DNA of 64,000 nt from Raillietiella orientalis (taxonomy: Eukaryota): the NCBI GenBank assembly GCA_036172245.1, contig JAYWIR010000001.1, positions 8,866,001 through 8,930,000 of the forward strand, in the 5' to 3' direction. The position numbers and the translations under genes were made by a program. A model generated the notes under the pieces. The model had not been told where the DNA came from. It made no database searches and saw only the letters and a list, made by a program, of their open reading frames with translations. Shown here piece by piece: positions 50,604 through 64,000 of this stretch (positions are counted from its first letter, which is position 1; the number at the start of each line of letters is the position of its first letter).

Positions 50604-51026
50604 AAGGAATACTACTTTCCAGGAATGTAACACATTCCTTAAATTGCAATAAATACGAAGTTCTGAAATCATTTCATTTTATTGCAGTTACATAAGCCAA
50701 CAAATAGGTGATTTAAAGTTTCAAAATCAAATTTCTTAATACCTCTTCTCTTTTCTTTCTTTAATTCAAGGTCTGAATGATTTTACTGAAATCATGTTTT
50801 AATGAAACACATACACTGAGGTACCATATGAAGAAATAGAAAAGGCAATATAAATATCGGTAGAATCACAATTAAACATTGCACTCAAGAAGCTTTGGGA
50901 TATAAACCGATGGCAACAGCAGAAATCAAAATTATTCCAATTTTTCAAACTTTTATGCAGTAATTGGGGCAGATTTCTCCCATGAAACGGTAAGCATCAG
51001 AGATCTAGTGAAAATTGAGTAATTCT

Positions 51027-54000
51027 TCATGAAGGACATAACACTGAAACTGTTAGCTGAAAAACAAGCCTAAAATAACTTTTGAATTTGCTACCTTTGA
51101 GTATATAATCAGTGAGCATAGCTGGAACAGCTGGACTGTCTTCATCAATTGCTTTGAGTACTTTCAAAAACAAATAATATTTTGTTATGCATTATAACTT
51201 ACTTTTAATAAGTACTTGTAGCATAGCAACATCAGGGGTTCCTCCAAAATGGTAGGGAATGACTGTAGTTAGGAACTAAAATACACAAAGCTTTATCATA
51301 CATTCCTCAATCATTCATACTTCATACTCTTGGTTCTGCTATAGCTGCACTGTTGGTCTTTTTCTTTTTATCAGTATTGTGGTGACGGCGTTTATTCTGA
51401 ACTGATAACAGCAAAGAAATGAATTGATTTTTCAACTCCTTTTCATATTCCAATTCATCTCGGAATGCAAGCTGACTTATTAGCGTTTCAGAATATTCCT
51501 GAATCAGACGCTCCAGCTCCATGTAAAGTTCATTCAGGTGGGCCATGCTTAACATCTGCAGTTCTATTCAGCAGACCACAATAATTTCAAAACTACACTG
51601 TCTCACTGTCTTCCATCATATGTGCAGGCAAAATAGTCTTCATCACCAACTCACAGTCATGTAGGTTCTCTTCAACATTGGAAGTTTCCTATAAAAAGCA
51701 GATAACAGGTCAGCATAATGACATATTTTTAATTCTCCATGCAAATAATAAATACAATTATACGAATAAGTTCGATACAAGAAATGAATATGGGAATGCT
51801 ATATATGAATTTATTCTACATACATGCATATGCAGATGATAATAATAATACATTTACTTTCTGATTCAATCAAACTCTTTGCATTTGATATTTATTTGTC
51901 TACACTCGTGTAAATACATACTTTGGAAATTCCGGAAGCTATTCATTTTCTGGCACAAAAAAGACTGATTCATCTATAAGCATTAAACCTCTTACAATCT
52001 TCCACTGTATACAACATTTAAAAATATGAAACACACTCACTATACTCAATCTGAATGCATACATTGGACACTTCATTAACCATGAACAAAGACGGAACAA
52101 TGCAACCTCACATTGCATTCACGCCTGTCATGAAATATCCAAATATTCAGGTTCATGCATCCAAAAGCAAACCACACATATGCACTTGCTGATAAAGAAT
52201 TCTCGTAAAGTCCAAATATTCTAACATTAATAGCATGCAATCCTTAAAAACTACTTTACTTTAATAAAGGCAATCTTTACAAAGAACTTTAACTTCTATA
52301 ACTTTGGTTTCATACGCAACATATCGATTCCAGACAAATGTCTGAGCATTCCTTGTCTCTTCTGCTTCATCTCATAAAAGCAACACTTGCATGAAATGTT
52401 CTCTACACATATACACGATGGTGCTATTTTCTTGGCGATTAAGATTTATTCATGTACACAACAGCAGCAATCATAATAATTCATAATGCATACAGAATTT
52501 GAAACTCAAATAAAAAAACAATGAAAAATATTACTTAGAAGACATAAACAACTTCTGCCTATCTTTCAGGGCCATCAAAGAGAGTATCATACTTGTAAAA
52601 CTGCTAACTTATTTTGCATCAAAAACTGCAGTGAATTCTGCGTTCATTATTTCGAATCTTGAGAGGATCACACCGTAATCACAATATTTCTGGTTTACAT
52701 TACCAAAGCATCAGAAGAAACACACAAGCCAAAACAGCATTTATACAAACTGACAATCAATTTGAAATGCACAGCACAAAATTCTGAACTTTATCTTGCA
52801 TTATCGATTTTTGCAATGCTTCAAATTTGTTCAGGTATTTTTTCATACAACAATGGATTTTTCAAGAACCCACCAAGTGTAATATTGCATAACAACAAAT
52901 ATTTCAATTTTCACCACTTTCTCAATGTGCTATTTCTTAATAGAGTATTCAGCTCAGCTTTCAAGTTATCAGAAATTTTCTGAATTATACTGTTTTCTAT
53001 AATTCATCCTCTCATGAAATTTCTTCAAAGATAAGGATGTTGTTTCAATTTCACCTGCATGTTTCAGGGCATCTCAATTACATCTTTAACATGAACTGCT
53101 AAACAAAGTAATCACAAACTCATCTCTGTGAAAAAACTTAAGCATTCAAATGGTACATGCAAAAACTCCTACACTTGACAGTCTCACTTTAAATGAATGC
53201 TCTTATTAAAACTAGAAATATTTTCTCATTTCAGAAAAGTTTAAATCACATCTGCCATTCCCATGAATAACACAGATATCAGAAGGACCCCACAGGTAGA
53301 AATTTAAAGTGGATTGTCTTTTTAGAGATATTATAAAATCCAAATCTAAATTACTTACATATAAGAATTATCACAAAGTTTGCATTGTAGAAATTTATAT
53401 TTACATGATCATTTTTTAGCATATGCATTGTAGCTCACCTGTAGTTTACTTAATTATTTGTAAAACTGAATGTCAATAGAATAGATGGCAAAAACAAATC
53501 ATCCTGCATTAAATTAGACCCGTCAGGCATTTAAAATATTGCTAATCAAGTTACTGCATGATGATGGCTATTTAAAATACTTTAAACATTTTACATTCCA
53601 TTGATGCAATTTTTTATATATGCATTTCATGCATTTTCTGCTTTCACTGCAAAACCTCATTTTATGTACCATTCTCTACATTAGATTTCTTACTATTACT
53701 ATTCATCCTTAAATATCTGAGTACATGTTATTTAGAGACTAACTTTAGAGACAACACAGTAGATTTCTTTCACATTTAAAGATACTATGCATTACTTTTA
53801 TAATTGATATGTATGAGCACCACATAGTGATCAATGAACAATTAAATGTGAAACTTACTTGTAGAATATCATCAATTTCCTTAATCACTTCCTCAGCTGT
53901 TTGCATAGGTTCCTCATTATGCATGCCATTCAAAATAAGAGAATGCATATCTAAATCAGCTGCAATAACTTCATCTTCATCCACAAGATCATCAACAGAC

Positions 54001-57000
54001 TGACAGTTTGCAGGTTTCTATGTTATATATAACTAAAAAAGATTTTAATTGATGTTAACCTTACCTCACCATTAACATGAAGAGATCTCAAATGAAGTTG
54101 TCTTGTGAAAGATTTTGACCAATCTATTGGCAAAATATTACCAAAATTTCCAGTGATTGTCCACCACATTCTACAATAGTTTCGAATTTGTGCAAAAGTT
54201 GTCATAAAAGAACCAAATCAAATGACAAACAGCTAAATTAATTTCATCTGAAGTTTGCCAAAACACACAAATGGCTTCTGAATGGAAATGAGGTACTGTG
54301 GAAAACGCTTTTAATAATTTTGCTGTCACAAACTTAATTCGATATTCCAGTTCAATCTTTTACAAGATCAAGATAACATAAAAACAATGAAAACCTCCAA
54401 TCAACAAGATTAAGATCAACTAGAATTACAAGTTTTCAACTCACTTTGAGAGAATTTTAAATGCACCAGAATTCAAACCCCATAAACTATACCTGCTTAA
54501 GAAGCATTAAAACTGCAACATTTTGGATAAAAAAGCTACACCTATATTTGCAAGCAGGTTTCAAATTTAGGCAGATATCAATAAGAAACAATGGAAAACT
54601 TGTAAACATTGTTCTTTTAAGATCAATGTACGTACCTAATACAACATATAGCTAGTAAAAATAGCTAGCAACAACACAATAGCTAGTTCTGCCATCCATA
54701 ATAGTTATATGATTTAATAAAAATAAGATTATCAACCTATTTGTATTAAAGAACACAACTATAACACACAAACCATCTGAACAATTTCGCATTTTGACCC
54801 ACTAAATTCCACTACTTCAAGACATCACAAATCAACTCACTACTAAGATGACTGTTATCCACTTTATATAATGCTTTTTGCTCACCAACTTTCGGAAATT
54901 CATTCATATTTGATTTCACCATAATTTAATGATATATGCAGTTAGGAATGGGAAACTAGCCTTATTCAAATTCAACTGCAGACAATTATGCTACGTTTTA
55001 CTACTAAGCCAACATACTTAACATTAGAAAGGGGTGGAGACACTGTCAAAGATCACCACCAAACTTTGTCAATACAAGCATACATGCACACTTTTGAAGC
55101 TAAAAAGTATGCCTGTATGCTGCAGCACATTACATCATAAAAAAATGATATAAACCTATAAGTTTTTGTTTCTTAAGCCATTATGAGATAACTCAAAATG
55201 TCACCTGCTATGCTCAGTTTATGTCCAATCTTGATTTTCATATTACAATTAACTTATTAGCTATAAATTTTATCTAAATAGTTACATGGGCATTTCACTA
55301 CAATTGGACCTAATTGGATTATTGGAAAAAGACCAAAAATGCATCATAAACACCTCATGGTCCAAATAATTAACTTGCAAAACATGTAGTACATATCGTT
55401 TATAAAAGAATTCTTTCTTAACATTAAATTATTATATAAATATTAAATTAGAATATCAGCTAGATAGCAAAACAGTTTTGTTTGCTTTCCATTCTAACCC
55501 ATGGATCAATTCACAATTTTTTGAGCACAGTCTCACATTCTTTCAGGAGAACTTCGGCTCCCTTCTGTATTCGTATTCTGTATTTTTTGTGATTCAGAAA
55601 AAAAGCATTAGGAGATCTAAATCAATGATTTTTCCTTTTTTTTTTTTTTTTCTTTTGACAATTACAACTACAATAACTACAAATTCCTGCAACTTCGTTT
55701 ATTTTTCGTTTACGGAAAATTTATCGTAAATTTTATCCCTGTAAACAAGATAGGTGAAATATTATTGAAAATATTTCTTCGAAATTCTTTTTGCTATTGG
55801 GTTACCAAAATTTTCACTGATATCTCTGCATAGATAATTTTTATTCTTGATATACTTCAAAGATTTTCTATTCATTTCTTCAAGTTTTCCTACTTGGAAT
55901 TCCTTGTTTTATTAGAAAAACTGCAAATAAGACACACAAAAATAATATTTGAAAGTTGGCACCATTCTCATTTCAAATCTTTTTTTAAAATTTTTTTAAA
56001 AATAAAATAGTAACCTTATTTTTAATAAGTACAATCATTAAATGTTTCATGAATGCAGCTTATTTCTAGCAACCATTAGAATTCAGGTAACCAACTTCCC
56101 CTTACTTGGAACCATATAATTCAATGAAAAGATTTTTTCAATGTATCAACAATTATTTTTGTCTTCTATCTTCAAAATTCTTAAGAAAACAAATTCACTA
56201 GAGGATAACTTACAATTGTAAACATATAAGGCCTTTTTCCAAAAAATTAATAATTTTTGATCACTCTATAAGCTTCCATTCCTTCCTTCCTTTTCTATTT
56301 TAGAATTACAAACACCTTATAAGAACAAACTAGTTTTTTTTCATGTGCAAAAAAAAAACAAACTGAATAGTTTTATTTTAAAAAAAAAAATCCAATTTCA
56401 AAGTTTTATAAGAAAGCTATCACAAACCTTAATCTAATCTTGATGTGATCACTAACTGATTAGCCTATGAATCCTTGACTGCAAAATTGTCTTTTTACAT
56501 CTGCTAAACTATGATCACACTATTTAATTGTTTAGAATTTTGATACAGACACTGGTTCTGATGCAGCTGGTTGAACATTTGCAATCAAAAATTACACTTT
56601 CATTACCCCACTTTTAATGTTATTTCTTCCATATCAAAATTTTGATCACTCAAAATGACATAATTTGAAAGTACCTCTGAAAGTTTATCAATTGAAGAAA
56701 TTGTCTTCTCATGCAAAACAAACAGTTCATTTTTCAAATTTTTAAATAACTATGCTGGATTTAATTTGACTTTTTCATTTCCTAAAATTGCTAAAACCAG
56801 TAAATCAAAACCCTAGAACCACCGATTCATACACTATGCTTATTAAAGAAGTGGTTGTATTGTTTATTTTTGAAAATACGAAATGAGCTTTGAACAAATC
56901 CCCTTTTCTTCATCCAAAGTGACCAGAACATCTTATAAAGGCTTGTTCATATCTCTTGTCACATATTAGTACTCCATGGAAATAGTAGATATTACTAGTA

Positions 57001-58767
57001 AAAATATCTTGCTGTTCATGAGTATCTTCTATAATAATGAAAAATTTTTTTAACTTTTTCTCTGGTAAGGTTTAAAATTTTCACAAGTATAATTTTCAAT
57101 ACTGCACAGCAGATATTTTTCTTTGAATTGTGTATGTGTGTGGTTTTTTATGGCTAGCATTACCTTATGGCAACATAAACCACATCAAAATAACGTATAC
57201 ATATAAGTGTGTGCTACTATGATTCGATTAACAATTGTGATATTTATATTTTTATAATAAAGTAATTTCCAGTTATTTGAAATTATTGTATGTCTTATAC
57301 ATTTATATTTTTCTGTGGTTTCAATAATGTTATATACTACTCCACCCTTTTGTTTACAATCTTTATCTTGAATATTTTTGTAATACTTAAGTCTACAATA
57401 TATCCATTACATTTACAGTGGAAATTATTCACAAATTTCCTCTTTAATGAATACTGGTTTCCTCTTCATCCTCACAAATTACTGCACTAAACAAACCAGT
57501 TAGTAAACACCTAAGTTAAAACAAATTTTCTAGAGAATCATAAAATATAAGCACTACACTGATACATATTAGCAACTTTTGATCAATGGTAACCATGAAA
57601 AAAATGCCAAACTTATCGAATAAAAACCACACGTAAACATTAATTCATAATGCACATATAGAAATCTTATCCTATCTTTTTACAGCAAGCTCCAAAACTA
57701 CAAGAAACGACACCACAATTATTGTTGTCTCAATTCCACATAAATAAACTGAAAAATCTGAGATAAGTGTACAGTTCGGTAAAACACTGTAACATTAGAA
57801 AATTCCAATTAGACATAACTGTTCAAATTTTAAACAACCATACGAAAGTACCAAAAAATGAAAACAGCAACTGTCACACTTACAATAATCATAATCATAC
57901 AATATAACATTTATTTGCATATTTGAAAGAATATTTTATGAATTAAGAATATACATGTCCAGTAGAAAATAAGCATCAATTCACATTCATATTAAATTCA
58001 CAAGCAAGGTTTTTGCGTGTGAATTTACCATGACCCGTTATCTGAAAGGGAAAGGCTTATTGCAGTACACAGTTATAGCAAACTTATTAAAATATTCTCA
58101 AGATAGCTGGCAAATTGAGTTTATGCAAATCCAGAAGTGATACATGTATTATGGATGTTCCTTAAGAAATACACGATCATAAACTCTTTTAAACAGAATG
58201 AATGATTTTCGTTGTTGTTATCTTACTTTACAAACTCTGCACATAATTGTTGATCTGCATCCTGATAAATAATCAATGATTATCTGTTAATTAATTGAAA
58301 GAATGAATCTGTCTTTCGATAGACACAATGAATCGTTCTGTTGTAATTTCAGCTCTGAATACAATTTAAAATCCAGAAAACATAATTGATACATACTGGC
58401 ATTCATTCATGATTTCTTCCTGCGATCGAATTTGCACAGGTGCAAACTTATCCACCTTCTCTTCATAGTCTGTAAAACATTTAGAAATCTTGTCATCGAA
58501 CGTACTAATCAAATCCTCAAGTGAATCCGAAAAAGTATCCTTAAAATTATCAGAATTCTGTTCAGTGTTGAATTTCCTTATGGCTTTGACGTTCGATTGG
58601 TCTGCATTCTCCATTTTACGTAATTTCCGCAATTTGTCATCAGAAGCCTTAAGTTCATTTTCCAATTCGCAACTTTTGAAATCCGTAAAATCAATCCATT
58701 CTTCTGTTTCAAATTTTGCTAACGGGGCTTCGACATTCAATTCAGTCATTTTACTAATATATTTCAT
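51027..58767 (-). CDS. unc-76: Fasciculation and elongation protein zeta (FEZ1/FEZ2)/UNC-76 homolog, ~369 aa
   Basis: Exons 58767-58397, 54170-54065, 54017-53859, 51688-51607, 51563-51328, 51275-51203, 51160-51095, 51043-51027, all GT-AG and in frame (1110 nt). Family motifs EAPLA, SLEDLISTFDDKISKCF, WWTITGNFGNILPIDWSKS, RDELEYEKELKNQFISLLL, LTTVIPY, LTDYILKVLCPS*. An alternative start is ATG 58749. Confidence 0.95.
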
Positions 58768-59719
58768 CGTGACTTTCCCAATCACATGATTAAAATAAAG
58801 TTACTGATAGTTCTTGCATACAAGGAGCATTCACGACAGGCAAAAATAATAGAACCACGCCTTGGCACGGGTATTCATCACCACTTTTATAAATTATCGA
58901 GACTGCGCTATTCTCTACTTTCGGATATCCAAACACGCAGGAGTTACCAAACTAAAATGACAAAACCATTAATTACACACTAAATAGCGTTAAAACACAC
59001 GTGCTATTATTTGAAATCGCACAAAAAGGTACTAATCATATCTTACAAATAGAATCAATAATCACGAATAACTCATTGGAATGTGAAACCACAATGCTTA
59101 ACACATTTTCCGCGTTTTTTTCGTCATACATAAGCTCGGTAATTATCAATTTGATACTTTGAAAAAACTTAATAACTTTTAACGAAAGCACTTTTATATT
59201 TGCAGGATTTAATTCATTTATTCGATCAGAATCTGCCATTGAATTTGCTAATGGGGCGATCGGGAATCCACCATACATTACAGCAGACTATGCAATTTCT
59301 AAAATTGTCTATTGTTTTCAATACATTGAAAGACTTTTGCATTGTAACCTATATCAAGATTGAGATCATTACTAGTGTATCGGAAATGGCTACATTTGAG
59401 CAATCACATACAGATAGAAATAAATTATAATAAAATGTATTGTATGCACTCTCAAAATACAGAAAATAACCACGCACATATGCAGTTGGTTCCAGCTTAA
59501 TAGCAACGGACAATGAAAACTTTTGAAGATGAGCTTCTATACGCCTGTTAAGCAAATATTACACTGAAAAAATAAAACGAATGTACTTGAAATATAAATT
59601 CGATGTTAACAAAATCACTGAATAGTTATAGAGAACAAAATAAAGACAGAGAAATTACATTATCAAGAAAGCCAGCTCATACTGACAAAAATATCTATTG
59701 CTTTCAAAATATTTTAGCA

Positions 59720-60420
59720 GCGTAGAACGAATTTCTGTTTTTCTTCAGACCCTTATAAATATGTCTGTAGAGCAAAATTCCCTATCAATATCTTAATGAA
59801 TTTGCATGCTTCGATCAAAGTTAGGATCTTCATTCATAATTTTTTGCTTCACAAATTCTACAAGCTGAAAGATATGAAATTTCTTGAGGATGAATTCCTT
59901 CAATTGCACATACCACACTCTTTGACATTATTGTCAGCTTCTTCAAATGCTGTTTGATGATCAAAAAGCAGATCCTCAGTCAATTCTTCCGAATGTGAAT
60001 CGTGCAGTTACCAAACATTTTCACTTTCTAATTCATTAAATCTGATTACCTTTTCGGTATTTGTTATTTCTTTTATAATAGTTTTATCCTCGAAATGAAA
60101 CATTTGTTCTAATGTAGCATGCGTTTTTTTTTTGCATTCGTAGTGGTTTTATCTGAAGAAATAACTCTCTTGTCTATTCTTCTAACACAGTTTTTAAAAC
60201 ACTTTCAAAAGAGGTCATGGACAATAATAAATATTATGATAGGCAGCAGTTCATGCATAGGAGAAGGTAAATGCCAACTGAAGTGTGAGCGTCTAAGACT
60301 CTAGCAAGGACATGATAACATTTATAATGTTTCAAAAGAATGGAAAAATAGCTCCATATAACATGAAAATTGTTTGTAATTCTTAAAAACTCCAAGTAAC
60401 CTTGAAGTTGTTGCAATATT
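59720..60420 (-). mobile_element. pogo/Tigger-like transposase remnant
   Basis: Broken frames: VLDAHTS, IDKRVISS (cf. PMDQGVI), LHDSHSEELTED and NEDPNFDRS, all resembling the pogo DDD domain and C-terminus. Confidence 0.45.
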
Positions 60421-60936
60421 TTAGAATAGGTTTACTACACAATACTTATAATTTGAAAATTAAATTATATGTATTCTGTACTAATACCGATTCTTTTTGT
60501 ATTAGACATCCATATACATATTTCAGTTCAACTAATAAACTATTACTAATAAACTTGTCTCCAGCACTAAATTCATGAATGTTTCAGAGTATTGGTTCTT
60601 GAGATTACTAAAGAATTCTTAAATTACCATGATTACTTTTTGTATCAGAAACGAAGAAATTAAGATAATATTGGCAATCATGAGTGCTGGGATCTTTGTT
60701 TTCACTTTCTGTCCAACTTTTTGAAATATAATGAAAATACGTAAACTTTCTAGTGTCGTTCAATGTATGAACATTACATGGGCAGCAAAGCCTTCTATTT
60801 TTCGAAATTATAATTTTGCATTAGTTTTTCCTCCCTCGCAGTGATATCCCTAAAATACATAGTTGTATCTGTGCCCATGTATTTATTTTTGTGATTTAAT
60901 ATAAGAGTTCATAAACAAGATTGCATTATATTCTCG

Positions 60937-63402
60937 ATGTTTAAAAAATGCAAATTATCCAGCTGCAGATCTGAGAACTCCAAAAGAATTAAATGTTCTT
61001 ACGATTTATGTGGATCCAAACAAACCATCCGTCATGAAGCATTGGAAGGATGCAAACTTAAAAGCGAACAAGATATTCTGGAAAATAATATCCCATTCTC
61101 TCAGAAATATCAGATGATTATGGAATGGTTCAGTAATGTATCACATACGCAAAGAAATCAAATCCTGAAAGGACTAATGGTAAGTTTGATGTTTACTGAA
61201 ATTGTGTTACAAAGGTATTTTACTCCTGAAATAATTTAATATGTAAACTGAAATTCTTCTTGTGTGTTTTAATGCTTCAGAACATTTTTCAGAATCTTTG
61301 TGGAAAGGAGCAAAACCACTATCTATCAGTAGCATTAGAGAACAAGTTGCACTTTTGTTGCCCTCCAAATTGTCAAGATTTCTTTCTGTGGTTGCCAGAT
61401 CCTGTCATCCAGAACATATTGGCTTTCCTAGATCCGGTGTCCCTGGCCAAGTGCTCAATGGTTTGCAAGTAAGTAGTCGGTCCAATATTATGTTCATTTC
61501 TGAAAAAATGGGCATGAAAATTTTGTGGGATAAGTGAAAGCATACAAGGACATAGCATTAATTTTTATTTCTTGTTCAACAAAACTAAATGCGATAAAAA
61601 TACGGTAATCAGTTTTGATGATTGCATGCATAGTCTTATATTAATATCTTTATTGGATGCAAGGAATCTCTTTAAAATAAATTTATAAGAATTTTTCAAA
61701 TTATTTGAATGCTGGGATGAAATTCGGTACATAATTTTCCTACCATCCTGTATTTTTTCCATCTTGCATTTCCTATTTTTGGATTCATCTCAGTGTGCAC
61801 AAAGATGATGTAAAATACGTTTGAGTAAACAGCTATTAATAATCCTTCACGCTCCAGTTTTTGAAGTACTACTTGCAATGTTAATCTTAATAATAAAATA
61901 TTAACAGGCATTTGCTGTAAAGTGTTTGCAGATTATAACATTAAAACTATTGACTAACCTGAAAACTATATTGGGAAAATCAAAAATTGATGTATGTTTA
62001 TCAACTGATGTTCCCAATATGTTTATCATGTATCAAGTGATGAATCATGAACCACCAAGACATATATCTTATTAATGAAGAAACAGACGATAACTTTATT
62101 TCCACAACTATGATTTTCAAGCATCAATTGGATTTTTCATTGCAAAGCAATCCTTAACATAATCACCATCAGATTTCATTTAGGAATTGGAAATTAATAT
62201 GCAATAGTTCAAGCAGATGGCAAAGGTTTTGTAAACAGGCACCATGGTGTCACTCTGAACTAACACAGAAAAAACATTCGATGCTGCCAAATAAACAGGA
62301 ATGTGGTTTTAATTGGAAACAGGTTACAAATTCAGCATTGGTGATTTGTATGATGTTACTGAAAATTTCAGGAATTTGGTCGACGTTATCGTACTTACTT
62401 AAATTGGCTACATGGCAATTGTCATGTAACAACATTTGAAGGGCATTCACAAGCCATTTCTTGCATTCAGTATGATAATGCGAGAATTGTAAGTGGTTCA
62501 CATGACAAAACCATAAAGGTGCTTTGTTGTTTCATTGTGATTTTTGGTTGTAATTTCCCTGTACATTCAGGTTTGGGACATTCATTCCAATAATCCTTGG
62601 TCCGTAATGACACTTGTGGGTCATTCTGGCACAGTAAGATGCTTGCATCTTTTACACAATCGGCTTATCAGTGGCTCATCAGACTGTACAATCAAAGTAT
62701 GGGATTTAGATTGTCAAGAACAATGGTCAAGCATTGCTTGTAAAGTTACACTGTTGGGACATCGAAATACTGTACGTTGCCTACAGGCAGATGAAAATCA
62801 AGTGATTAGTGGTTCTTATGATCACAGCATCAAAGTATGGTGTATTCAGACAGGAAACTGTCAGTGTACATTAAATGACCATTCAGATGCGGTGTTTTGT
62901 ATGCATTTTGTGCAAACTAAGTTGGTAAGTGGCTCAGCAGACTGTACCATAAAGGTAAGCATCATTGTGGCATTAAATTTCTACATTTCTACCTTGAATG
63001 CAGATATGGAACTTTTCTACAGGTACTCATATCAATACTTTGAGAGGTCATGAAAATGCTGTGACTTGTGTTGCATGCGATGATCATCGTATTATATCTG
63101 GTTCTCTGGACTGCACAATCAAATTCTGGGATTGGCAGAAAGGTTATTGCTTGAGTACAATAGATTGGATGAAATCAGAAGGTCATACTGGGGTAATTCG
63201 ATGTTTGCAGGCAGATTGCTGGAGAGTAGTTAGTGCAGCAGATGATAAGACTATAAAAGTGTGGAAACTTGATACAGGAGAAAGAGTAGTTACTTTAAAA
63301 AATCATACAGATGGTGTGACATGTTTGCAGTTTACTGACTATATCATGGTTTCTGGATCCTATGATAAAACTGTCAAGTTATGGGACTTTTCTGTATGTT
63401 AA
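60937..63402 (+). CDS. F-box/WD40-repeat protein (FBXW7/beta-TrCP-like architecture), ~495 aa
   Basis: Exons 60937-61179, 61293-61468, 62184-62322, 62372-62518, 62571-62954, 63004-63402 are in frame (1488 nt). F-box LPDPVIQNILAFLDPVSLAKCSMVCKNW is preceded by a D-domain-like segment. Seven GH..SGSxDxTIKxW repeats follow. Confidence 0.93.
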
Positions 63403-64000
63403 ACTTCATAATAGCCTTTTATCAACTATGGAACAGGTATAGCAAACCAGTATATTTACTCATTTCAATCTATTAATAAAGTTATGATTATTAACACATA
63501 ATCAGTTCAAACTAGGTAACAACAGGTTATTACTGACTCGAACTTCACAAATCGAGTTTTACATATCCATCCATTTGTTAGCACACTGTATTCTACTCTT
63601 TTGCTCACTAGCGTTCATGTCCTCGAATTTGGGTTGTAAAGCAGAAACAAATCGCAAATACGATGACAAAATGTGAATGTTACAAATCCTCAATGGATCA
63701 TATCATATGAATATACATTTTCGTTTTTCACGAAAATGAGAGGTAATGTGAACACAATGAAAGTTTGTTGTACGCGTCTTCATTGCAATATTTCGAGCGA
63801 GTCATGAATCATACGGGTGACTGTCGAATGAATCAACGTATTGACGGTTTTTCAGTTTTCAACAGTTTCGTGATTAAACTTTACGAAATTTCCGAATTCG
63901 GAATTGCGGTACCAAATTTTGCGTTAAAAGAGGTCAAATTTCTCAAAGTATCTTACTCGCCAATAAAATGTGTCATCCTTTCAAGCATGCAATGTGCTTG

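Overview
Eukaryotic genomic DNA, most likely arthropod. It falls into two compositional domains that meet abruptly near 46-48 kb. The left ~46 kb is GC-rich and CpG-rich. It carries two tandem, minus-strand, intron-containing clip-domain serine protease genes, one trypsin-type and one with a chymotrypsin-type S1 pocket. They lie among many decayed L1/Tx1-clade LINE fragments, a multi-copy long SINE-like family with a double tRNA-like head (at least 7 pieces), a second repeat family sharing its 3' tail, and a diverged 28S rRNA fragment. A decayed NeSL/Utopia-like retrotransposon (restriction-like endonuclease type) sits at the boundary. The right ~16 kb is AT-rich and holds a FEZ/UNC-76 gene (-), a divergently transcribed F-box/WD40 gene (+), a 35-nt U2 snRNA 5' fragment and a pogo/Tigger remnant. 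Most long ORFs in the six-frame track are GC-driven artefacts. Exon structures were read by hand and are frame-consistent. No clearly novel protein-coding system was found. The best leads are the structured double-tRNA-head repeat family, the GC/AT domain boundary, and the specificity-diverged protease pair.
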